From assembly GCA_964016885.1 (NCBI GenBank), contig OZ024746.1, forward strand, positions 24,056,001 through 24,120,000: DNA of 64,000 nucleotides, written 5' to 3'. Below are positions 40,133-51,873 of the stretch, piece by piece; the stretch's first letter is position 1, and each line of letters opens with the position of its first letter. A program made the position numbers and the translations under genes. The notes beneath the pieces were generated by a model that had not been told where the DNA came from, did not search any database, and was given only the letters and a program-made list of their open reading frames with translations. The DNA comes from Eledone cirrhosa (Eukaryota).

Positions 40133-41624
40133 ATGTACAAAGTGTGGAAGGAAGGAAGACAAAGCCAGACTATGATATTCCTTTCACTCCGGAGGTATAT
40201 CAGAGATTATTTCAGTTGAATGTTGTTTGCAAGAGATCATACAAGTTCACATCAACCCCTACCACACACTCACTCACACACATATATATACACACACTCA
40301 CACATACACATTCAGAGACATACATACATACACATATCACAAGACACAAACCCACACAGACACATATATACACACACCCACACAACAGAAACACATACAC
40401 ACTCAGAGACAAACATACACCACACATATATACACACAACACAAACACACACGCACAATACACATTTGGAAACAAACATACTTGCACACACCCACATCTC
40501 CATTATATATGGTAACATTCTGAGATTAGACCAGTTAGGGAACCACATCTTGTTCATATGTTCCATTTTTGGCCTGGTTTCTAAAGCAGGATACCCTTCC
40601 TAATACCAACCACTTTATAGAATGTCCTGGGAGCATTTTATCAAGACATCAATACTAGCCTCTTACACATCACTCACATACATTACACACCCACACCCAC
40701 ACACATGCATAAACAATGAATCACTTACATTGAAGGTATGTCTGCTTTGTAAAGCTACCACAATGCAAATTAACTATAAAATAGTTGAATAAATTAAAGA
40801 AACAACCCCCGGAGACAGAAAAAAAATGGTCAAAATTCCTGACTGAATTGAATCAGATACAATCTCTATAGTAACAGGTGTTCTGGGAATGATATAAAAC
40901 ACACATAGAGATAGATACATAACCAAGACCCCAGGACTTACAAATATATACATACAATATGCCAAAAATAGTGAGACATTGCAGACATATTACAAAGAGT
41001 ACTTTCAATACAAAAGAAAAAACAACATAACACTGTACAGAACTATGCTCAATAATGTAGTAACAACATGCACTGAAAATAAAACTAATGAAAATAATAA
41101 TTGACTGATAAGTTTAAAAAAGCCGGTACAATGTGGTAGAAATATATAAAGGGCTGATGATGACTGTAGGGGACTGTAGGGGGAGGAGGAAGAGAAGATA
41201 AGTTGCTTCACCAACTCTGATCTATCTTATAACACAAAACAACACTATAGAATATACATAAATGGATGCATATGTATGTTTGCGTGCATTTTCATATGCT
41301 TGTATTTCGGTGTATATGTGTGTCTGTAAATGTGTGCGCGTGTATGCATGTGATTGTTTATGGGTGTCTGCACATGTATGAGCGTAAAGCTGACCTTGCA
41401 CAATTCTACTTCTTAAAGCTGATGTCACAGGACTGAGATTTCTGGTGTTATGCAGTAAAACAGAAGACCTGCCTTCCCATGTGCACGTGTTGAAGCATAT
41501 ACATCTAGCATGCACCACTTTCCCCAACCTCTCCCTTCCATACATTTCCCACATCCTTACACCCCATCCCTCACCCATGTCCCAAGATTTACCTCCCCAA
41601 TCTCCATGCACCTCCCCCACTCAA

Positions 41625-42736
41625 AACTGTAAAGTGGTTGTTTTGGTGCCATGACAAAAAATGCCCAGTCCACACTGTAAAGTGATTAGGTTGCTGACAT
41701 GACAAAAAGTGCCCAGTCCACACTGTATATAGATTAATTTGCTGACATGACAAAAAATGCCCAGTCCACACTGTATAGTGATTGGGTTGCTGACATGACA
41801 AAAAGTGCCCAGTCCACACTGTATATAGATTAATTTGCTGACATGACAAAAAGTGCCCAGTCCACACTGTATAGTGATTGGGTTGCTGACATGACAAAAA
41901 GTGCCCAGTCCACACTGTATATAGATTAATTTGCTGACATGACAAAAAGTGCCCAGTCCGCACTGTATATAGATTAATTTGCTGACATGACAAAAAGTGC
42001 CCAGTCCACACTGTATAGTGATTGGGTTGCTGACATGACAAAAAGTGCCCAGTCCACACTGTATATAGATTAATTTGCTGACATGACAAAAAGTGCCCAG
42101 TCCACACTGTATAGTGATTGGGTTGCTGACATGACAAAAAGTGCCCAGTCCACACTGTATAGTGATTGGGTTGCTGACATGACAAAAAGTGCCCAGTCCA
42201 CACTGTATAGTGATTGGGTTGCTGACATGACAAAAAGTGCCCAGTCCACACTGTATATAGATTAATTTGCTGACATGACAAAAAGTGCCCAGTCCACACT
42301 GTATAGTGATTGGGTTGCTGACATGACAAAAAGTGCCCAGTCCACACTGTATAGTGATTGGGTTGCTGACATGACAAAAAGTGCCCAGTCCACACTGTAT
42401 AGTGATTGGGTTGCTGACATGACAAAAAGTGCCCAGTCCACACTGTATAGTGATTGGGTTGCTGACATGACAAAAAGTGCCCAGTCCACACTGTATAGTG
42501 ATTGGGTTGCTGACATGACAAAAAGTGCCCAGTCCACACTGTATAGTGATTGGGTTGCTGACATGACAAAAAGTGCCCAGTCCACACTGTATAGTGATTG
42601 GGTTGCTGACATGACAAAAAGTGCCCAGTCCACACTGTATAGTGATTGGGTTGCTGACATGACAAAAAGTGCCCAGTCCACACTGTATAGTGATTGGGTT
42701 GCTGACATGACAAAAAGTGCCCAGTCCACACTGTAA
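41625..42736. repeat. 48-bp minisatellite (~23 copies, two variants) derived from an internal SINE unit
   Basis: GACAAAAAGTGCCCAGTCCACACTGTAT(AGTGATTGGG/ATAGATTAAT)TTGCTGACAT; runs into a SINE body at about 42740. Confidence 0.95.
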
Positions 42737-43682
42737 AGTTGTCGCGTAGGTGTCATGTCAAAAAAGCACAGTACACACTGTAAATGTGGTTGGTGTTAGG
42801 AAGAGCATCTAGCTGTAGAAACTAAGACAAAATCAGTTCTGTATGAGCAAGACATGGTCATCTGACCTAGCTTGTTTCACAACAGAACAATTTTTCTAAC
42901 CTATGCTTACATGGAAAATGGTTGTTAAACAGTGGTGATGTTGATGATATATATCATCACCATTATTATATATATGTGCGTGTGTGTGTGTGTATTTGTG
43001 GGTGTTTATGTATATATATGTATGTTTGTATATACATATATGAATTTGTGGGTGTTTATGTAAGTCTATGTGTGTGAGGGGGAGCACTAGAAGATTGATT
43101 ACAACAGCTGGTAGGTCAGACACATATTTGGTCTTAGAATTATCAACAAAGGACACAAAATCAGGAAATATAACTATACATACATTGCCACAATGCATAG
43201 AATATATACTGTTATAGTATTTAGTAACTTATAGTAGCGTGTCTGTGTGTCCATATACATACATATATAAATATATAAATATGATGATGATGATGATGAT
43301 ATACTGTATATATATACCTACACATACATATATCATTCAGTGTACTGTTTTCTTAATGTTTGTTTTTAAAGTTGTTGACCTTGCACATTACACACACATG
43401 TATATATGTATATACACACACACCTATATATAAATGTACTCACACACATGCATATATAATCATCATCGCTATCATCATCATTATTTTATATCTGTTTTCC
43501 ATTCTGACAGGATTAGTTCAGTCATAGAATTGTGGAGTGCTTCGCATACCATGTTCATATGTTAAAAATTCCACACACTTGTGCGCGTACCCACATATAA
43601 TGTATGTATGTATGTGGAATTTTCAGTATATAAACATGGTATGCAAAACCCTCCACAATTTATATATACATATATATATATA

Positions 43683-43874
43683 AGTTTATCCCAGGTTCAA
43701 TCAGGGGTAACCACAGTAAGTAAGGTACTCAATACAAAGCAGAGTATAAATATTTAATATAGAAAAGGCTTCTACAGGACTAGAACTGTTTCATTCAGGA
43801 GAAATCATCAGGGCTTCCTGATGATTTCTCCCGAATGAAACAGTTCTAGTCCTGTAGAAGCTTTTTCTATATTA
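43683..43874. mobile_element. Fold-back element C with hammerhead motif, between (TA)n tracts
   Basis: 58-bp arms 43755-43812 and 43817-43874 (2 mismatches); minus-strand tail 43683-43754 with ATTGAGTACC. Confidence 0.75.
43811..43863 (+). ncRNA. Type I hammerhead ribozyme motif
   Basis: GGGCUUC-CUGAUGA-UUUCUCCCGAAU-GAAACAG-UUCUAGUC-CUGUA-GAAGCUU. Stem I 7 bp, stem III ACAG/CUGU, GUA triplet at 43854-43856; stem II is weak (U.U at its base). Confidence 0.7.
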
Positions 43875-43904
43875 TATATATATATATTTATATATATATA
43901 GGGA

Positions 43905-44190
43905 AGGTGTATGGTGTAGTGGTCAGAGTACTATGCTCATGATTTTCAGGTTGTGAGTTTGATTCCTAGACTGCGCAGCATGTTGTGTCCTTGAGCAAGA
44001 CACTATATTTAATGTTGCCTCAGTCATATCAAGCTGGCAAAAATGAGTTGTACCTGTAATTCTAGGAGCCAGCCTTGTCACACACTGTGTAACATTGAAT
44101 CTCCTTGACAACTATGTTAAGGATGCAGCCATTTGCATGTTAATTTCATGAGCAGACTGTTGTTCCATTGATTGAATCAACTGGAACACT
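43905..44190 (+). mobile_element. tRNA-derived SINE family 2
   Basis: TGGTGTAGTGG A-box, GAGTTTGATTCC B-box, CCTTGAGCAAGACAC. Minus-strand relatives at about 14140-14295, 15240-15465, 23750-24010, 49525-49652 and 58385-58570. Confidence 0.7.
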
Positions 44191-44924
44191 CATTGTAAAG
44201 TATATACTGCAAGGCATTTCATCAGATGCTCTGATTTCGAACTATTACATGTATGTGAAACAGGAGAATTTGAGGAAAACTTATGACACTCTACAATGAC
44301 AAATAACATGTAGAAAATATTGCTAAAGTAGAATATATTATTTTGTCATATGTTTGATGAGATATCTATTATTTCAAGCAGAAGTGCCCTTTATCGAAAA
44401 GAGAGAGTGAGATGAAATATTTAGTATATGAGTGCTGACTAAATAGATTGGATGTGTCTATAGCTGAACATGCAATCCAACATAAGAAACATAGAAATTT
44501 GAGATACTTATAGGAAATGAAATGTCAAACTATGTCTCTCACTCTCTTTCCATTGAACAGTTATAATGCAAATGGTGAAAATAGATCTAACTTTTCAGGA
44601 GACATTAACAAAATCACTGTGCATATCACTGAGTCTGCGGGAGCGGATAACCACACACACACACACATATATATATATATTTAAACAAAGAAGTTTCTGT
44701 CTGGTCATCAGTGATTTTATGTACTGAAGAAATTAACTTTGCAATCACACAGTAACAGGCTCCAGCCCACTCACTGTTCAAGTATATCTATAATAGCTCT
44801 GGTTCAACCATTGCCTGTTAAATGAATTGGGTACACACAAACTGTAAAGGAAGATCATCAGATTATAATATATATACATATTGAAGAGATAAAATCCTGG
44901 CAATGGGGGACTCTCTCAAAAGCT

Positions 44925-45055
44925 TTCTCCAGGTCAACAAATGCCAAGTAGAGGAGCTTACTTTTAGCTAGGTGCTTCTCTTACAATTGCCTCACAAGAA
45001 TGAGGATCAGGAGTACTTTTGCCTGGCACAAATTCAAACTGCATCTCATCTAGGT
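44925..45055 (-). mobile_element. Short RTE RT fragment
   Basis: Matches 10320-10455 (DEMQF / LAFVDLEKAF region). Confidence 0.75.
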
Positions 45056-45489
45056 TTCAAATGTATTGTTGCTGTTGTTTTCAAAGTCCTCAGTAACTGT
45101 TTAATTGTCTTTTAATCACTCTTGTGTGTGATGTCTATCATGAGTAGGAAAACAGCAGTTAGAGGTTACCAGGACACCAAAGGTCTCAACAGTGACTGTC
45201 ACAAAAAGGAAACTAGATTATTCAGCAAGGGACTCAGTTGACTGACTCCAACTTCCAATCCAGGGCTTTCTCATTCCTGTTGGAAGAACCCTTCTCTGGT
45301 TGACCTCCACTGCTCTGTCTGGTTTTGGTCAGGTCTTCGGCAGTGTAGCCGTACTCACTACACTTGACCAATTGTAAGTTGGTGAGGCTATTTAAACTAT
45401 AGTTGAGGTGAATGGTTGTTGATTCTGAGGAGGTTATTTCCCCCCTTTTAACAGCTCATTTGTTTTGTACTGATGGGGTTGCACTTACC

Positions 45490-45812
45490 CTCCTCACCAG
45501 ACCAGGTTCTGGTGGAGGAGCTAGTTTAGTCACTGACCGCTCAACCATGAAGCATTTTTTACTGAGTTACATGGTACCAGTAGCAGGCAGAAGACTGACC
45601 TGACAAGACCAGAGTCTGGTGAGGGAGCCATTTTAGTCACCGACTACTCTGAGGCAGATTGTACTGGGTTACATGGTACTAGTAGCAGGCAGAAGACTGA
45701 CCTGATCAGACTAGGGTTAGGTGAGAGAGCCAGTTTATTTACCAACCACATAACCATGAAACAGGTTGTACCGGGTTACATGGTACCTGTAGCAGGCAGA
45801 AGCCTGACCTAA
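45490..45812. repeat. Three diverged ~100-120-bp tandem units
   Basis: TTACATGGTAC..GTAGCAGGCAGAAG.CTGACCT occurs three times. Confidence 0.8.
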
Positions 45813-46117
45813 CCTGACTCCAACTTAGTTCAAGTCACTTCAAATCAATTCAATATATTTCTACAAATAAATTATATAATGTAATTATGTAAGTGGTGTT
45901 TAAGCTATAGCACCAGGAAGAACAGCAAAATGAACTCTGACAAAAAATTTAAACTCATAAATAATAATTCAAATTTGATAAATGTGTCTGATTGTGGAGA
46001 GGAGTCGGTTTATTGATTTTTATTCATTCTATATGAAAATAGAAACAATCCACTTTCTAAGTTCATGTGTGTGAGTGTGTGTATACACAAACACATACAT
46101 CATTTAATGGTATATTC

Positions 46118-46154
<37 letters not shown>

Positions 46155-46604
46155 TAATAAATCTTTGAGAGAATAGATGAACTATATATATATGTGTTTA
46201 TATATATATATATATATACACACGCATGTGTATGTTTATGTCATATTCATTTAATATTCATAAATATATGAATATACCATTAAATGATGATGACATAAAC
46301 ACACACACACACACGTGTGTGTATATATATATATATAAACACACACATATATATATATATATAGTTCATCTATTCTCCTCTCAAAGATTTATTGTTTCCA
46401 TAGTATTAAAATGTATAACATTACCACATTAACATATATAACATACACCACATTAATATATTCAGTATATATATATATATATACGTACATTGATACATTA
46501 TATATGTAAGCGAGCATGTTGATTATAAAACCAAATATATTGTTTCAAAGCTAGATTATTTTCATATCTTTCATTGCATTATTAATCCATTTCCTCTCCA
46601 TTGT

Positions 46605-46950
46605 ATCATCATTATCATCATCATTTCATTTTACGTCCGCTTTTTCCCTGCTTGCAAGGGTGGGACGGGAACTGATTCTGGCTTGATTTCTACAGCTGGA
46701 TGCCCTTCCTAACACCAACCTCATTTACAGTGAGTGCTGGGTGCTTTTTTGCCGTGGCACCTCCACGACCACTTTGCAGTGGAATGATAGGGACCCCAGT
46801 CCCTATCATCTCATTTCTACAGCTGAGTAAACTGGAGCAATTTGAAATAAAGTGTCTTGCTCAAGGAAACAACACATCACCCGGTCTGGGAATTGAACTC
46901 ACAACCTTTCGATTGCAAGGCCAATGCTCTAACCACTAAACCATGTGCCT
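46605..46950 (-). mobile_element. tRNA-headed, RTE-tailed SINE
   Basis: Head TAGTGGTTAGAGC...GAGTTCAATTCC; body with CCTTGAGCAAGACAC and GGAAGGGCATCCAGCTGTAGAAA; RTE-like (TGA)n tail. Confidence 0.8.
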
Positions 46951-47122
46951 CCATGTATGTTGCATAATTTTTATAAATGGAGAAGAAAGGAGCTGGTTGT
47001 CAGATCAAACTAAGGAAACTCAGTTTCCGTTAAGTTTTCCATTGCTGATTCTATCTGCCAGTCATAACTCCTGAGAAAAAGCAGGATTTGAACTCAGAAT
47101 ACACAGAGCCAGATCAGATACC

Positions 47123-47608
47123 CAGTGCTGGACTTACCTATAGGCTATAGCTTAGGGTCACATATCCTCGAGGGCCTCATTTTTAAATATATATAGATAT
47201 ATTATTTACGCTTTATCATTAAAATGAACATACTCAATACATGCTGTAAAGTGTTGGTAATAGGAAGGGCATCCAGCTTGCCAAACAAAAGGTTGGGAGG
47301 ATCCTCAGGTGTGTCAAAGACATGACAACATCTCCTGTGTACTCAGCAGAATGTAAGACTGTACATAAGTAAGACACAGACCTCTGGCCTGTCTGGGAGA
47401 TCAGTAGCTTCGCTTCAGTACTGACTGTCAATGTCGACCCATCCAACCCTTGCTAGCAAGGAAAGTGGACATTAAAACAATGATGATGATGATGATGATT
47501 AATATAAAAAAATGATAATTATTTAAAATCTCTTTACTGAAATATTTTTAGAGAAGGGCCTCAAATTTCATATAGCTTAGGGCCTCATCAGATGGAAGTC
47601 CAGCCCTG
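47123..47608. mobile_element. hAT-type MITE interrupted by an RTE-tailed SINE
   Basis: TIRs CAGTGCTGGACTT and AAGTCCAGCCCTG; subterminal ATAGCTTAGGG and AGGGCCTCA repeats. Confidence 0.6.
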
Positions 47609-49277
47609 CAGGAACTAGAAAACATTGTGTCCAAACTGCTCCTGGATTGGTACTTAAGTTATCAGTTGCAACTCCTGGTTGTTGCTTTACTATTAACTGG
47701 AGATAGGATTTAAACTCAGAACAGATGCCACAAGGTAACATATCAGATACATTACCAATCATATCAATCTACCATCACAGACTAGTATTTCATTTATTGA
47801 CACCGAAAGGGTGAAAAATAAAGTTTCCCTTGGTGGGATTTGAACTCAGACCCCCCTAACAATTCTGCCAATTTGTTGTTGACATACAGAAAGACAAGAC
47901 AGATATATTAAAGATTGCACCTGATCAGAGGTCAAAGGTGTTATTTCTGTTAGGAATTGGTATATTTCTATCTTATAGTAAGAAAGTATGTGTCAGATAT
48001 GATTGGGAAGTAGTAATTTGATACATTGCTCTCTACTCCGCTCCCTCACAAGTGTTGACAAGATGGTCAGTAGTCAAATGGGCAGCTATCTATAGCAACC
48101 TACCAATGTATTTAAATACATAATTATCATTGTCATCTTCCTCATCATACTACCATCATCATCATCATCACCACCACCACCATCACTACTATAATAATCA
48201 TTAACACTACTACCACCACCACCACCATCATCATCGTCATCATTAACAATACAAGTACCCAACCTACTGAAACCATTTCAATTATCTCACAAAAGCTTTT
48301 GGGAAAATCAAAGATTAAAACTTCTTGTTTTGCCTCACCTATAAATCTGGACTAACATGTATTGAACTTTGAATCATCACCACCACCATTACTATCATCA
48401 TCTCTACTACCACCACCTTAATAATCATTTTTCGCATTAGTTTTTCATATATATCGTATGAGCATTTATGTAGTTTGTATTAGAGTTTATGTATTGTAGC
48501 AGTACCCATATATATCATATTAGTATTCATGTTTCGGGATTCTGAATTAATATTTCGTATTAGTTTTGGGACTCTGAATTATTATTTCGTATTAGTTTTT
48601 CTTTTTTTTTTAGTATTTTGGCCCCCTACTTGTTGACCTGTCATTGTAAGATAGATTTGGCCGATTACTACTAACTCATAAAATTCTTTCACTACAATTT
48701 CGTATTTAGTATTCCGCCCTACCTATTAAACTTGTTTATAGCTTAGCAGTACCAGTGAGAGATTTGATGATTGTGGAAGGGGAATAGTAACCAGAAATTG
48801 TGTTTTTTTTTATATTTCTAATATTTTTTATATTTTTCTATATATTTACTCCATATAGATTTACTTATTGTTTCGACTTCCTCCCCCTCCCCTAGTATAC
48901 TTTTTCCAACCTCCTATCCTTTGAATCTGCTGTAGTTGTAACTGGGTTTCCTCCACTCCCTCTCCCTCTTTCTTCTACTGGCAAGTTCAGCTACCCCTAC
49001 CTTCCACAAAATGCCATGATAGAATCATGTGTCTCAACAACAAACTTTTGACCAATCCTTGTGACAATCACTTTTACCATATATGGAATTACCCCCGGAG
49101 ACGTTCGGCTATTCATTTAACAGGATAAAAATGTTCATTTAGTCCAGAATTAGCCGTCGAAACGGCTTGAGCTCAGCCTTCGGGGTCCTACTTGTTCTTA
49201 TTACCCACTCTACTACCCCAAGTATTGAGTACTTTGGTGCGTTATGGTCCATCTGGTTCCTTACCACATTTCCTTCG

Positions 49278-49330
<53 letters not shown>

Positions 49331-49936
49331 CGAGAGACCCCCCACTTCGATCAAGAGTGACCATGGGATTTGCACTTAGAAAATTCCCCTCCAAGGTACA
49401 AGTCTGGGCAAGGTTGTTTGTGGAAGACCAGCAGTTGCCCATGCATACCAGTCTCCATGCCACTAATGTTGTCCAAGGGAAAGGCTATAGCTGATACGGC
49501 TTAACAACAGTCACGTTGCAGCTCATTTTTCTACAGCTGAGTGAACTGGAGCAATGTGAAATAAAATGTCTTGCTCAAGAACACAATGCAAAGCGCCTGG
49601 TCTGAGAATCAAACTCACAATCTCATGATTGTAAGCCTGATGCTCTAACCACTATTGACATATATACATAGATATATCAAACATAATATATATATTATGT
49701 ATAGATTTATGTATACATGTATAGATTTAGAAACATATGCATGTGTACACATATAACACAAAACTCAGATTCACACAAACAATGACATCCATACATGCAC
49801 ACAGAGAGAAATACATAATTATGTAGTTGATGTCTAAATTCCAATGAAAGTGTCTTGTTTCTGAGTTACAAACCATATCTCCTTTTATTGGTGAGAAATA
49901 CATGCACACACACACACATATATATACATATATATA

Positions 49937-50379
<443 letters not shown>

Positions 50380-50579
50380 TATTTATTCACACACATATAT
50401 ATATATATATACATACACAAATAAACATATACATCCACACACATATACATACATATACATACCAGCACATTAGCTCCACGTGGTTCCTATCAAAATATTT
50501 TTTTCATGAATAAATAAGTAAAATGTAGAAATATTGAACACTAGCCATAAATTAGTTCAGTCTGAAGTTTATATTTATA

Positions 50580-50642
<63 letters not shown>

Positions 50643-50819
50643 TATACATATATACATATATATATACATATATATATATACATATATAGATATATATATA
50701 TATACATATATATACATATATATATATATATACATATATATATACATATACATATATATATATATACACATATATATATACATATACATATATATATATA
50801 TATACACATATATATATAC

Positions 50820-50850
<31 letters not shown>

Positions 50851-50939
50851 CATATATATATATACATATATATATATACATATATATATATATACACATA
50901 TATATATACATATATATATATATACATATATATATATAC

Positions 50940-50970
<31 letters not shown>

Positions 50971-51001
50971 CATATATATATATACATATATATATACATA
51001 C

Positions 51002-51096
<95 letters not shown>

Positions 51097-51155
51097 CATA
51101 TATATATACATATACATATACATATACATATATATATATACACATATATATATAT

Positions 51156-51212
<57 letters not shown>

Positions 51213-51220
51213 CATATACA
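50580..51220. repeat. (TA)n/(CATA) microsatellite
   Basis: Seen directly. Confidence 0.95.
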
Positions 51221-51364
51221 CTATGATGTAATGTTAATATCTTTATGACCTTACACAGATTCTGTGAGAAACCTGCCTAATACAAGGTCAAACATACGCT
51301 GTTAATGGTGGAATTACATGGCTCTTGTCTATATCTTCCTACTTCCATCTCAATATAATTCTTC

Positions 51365-51873
51365 TTAACTCTTTCATTTCCGTATTCCTAATGAAAGACT
51401 GCCTATAATTTTCAAATCATTTTGAAAATTATCAAGAATTTGACAGAAATCTGTAATATAACTTTCTCATTATTAAGGTGGTGCTTAGAATATAACTTAA
51501 CCCATTCTCTACCCTATTTCTGATGAAAGACACTGCCAATGATTTTAAAATTAATTTGAAAATTATCAAGAATTTGACAGAATTCTGTATTATAACTTTC
51601 TCATTTTTAAGGTGGTGTTTGGAATGTAACTTAACCCATTCGCTATTCTATTTCTGATGAAAGATACTGACAATGATTTTCAAATCATTTTGAAAATAAT
51701 CATGAATGTTTATGCATTTAACTTTCTCATTATTAATCTGGTGTTAGTAATATAAATTAATATAGAATTATGGTGGAAGGTTTTTAGATAAAACAAACAT
51801 TTTAAATAAAATATTTCTTTGTATCGTAGAACCAAGTCCTATTTCAGGCAGTGTTAATATCAAAAAGGATTAA
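51365..51873. mobile_element. Second TTAA-type MITE with a triplicated ~133-bp left end
   Basis: Three successive TTAAC(C/T)C..ATT.CT.ATGAAAGA blocks; right end ATCAAAAAGGATTAA. A relative lies at about 14403-14966. Confidence 0.55.

Noticed and set aside
39235-40515. Poly-V/A/T, poly-N/S and poly-L ORFs (antifreeze- or mucin-like)
   Set aside because: Trinucleotide satellite open in several frames, with no splice or domain support.
41589-42756. CRISPR-like array or repeat-protein ORFs
   Set aside because: The variable part has only two recurring variants, there are no cas genes, the context is eukaryotic, and the unit derives from a SINE.
44682-44866. Segment between TA tracts with two minus-strand CTGATGA, one followed by GAAAC; a similar case at 3065-3133
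   Set aside because: No credible stem I or II could be formed, so these are not called hammerheads.
46860-46950. tRNA gene-like A/B boxes (many similar sites)
   Set aside because: These are SINE heads continuing into repeat bodies; no complete cloverleaf was verified.
51525-51670. CTGATGA motifs in the triplicated MITE end
   Set aside because: No stem II-GAAA-stem III arrangement; part of a TTAA MITE.
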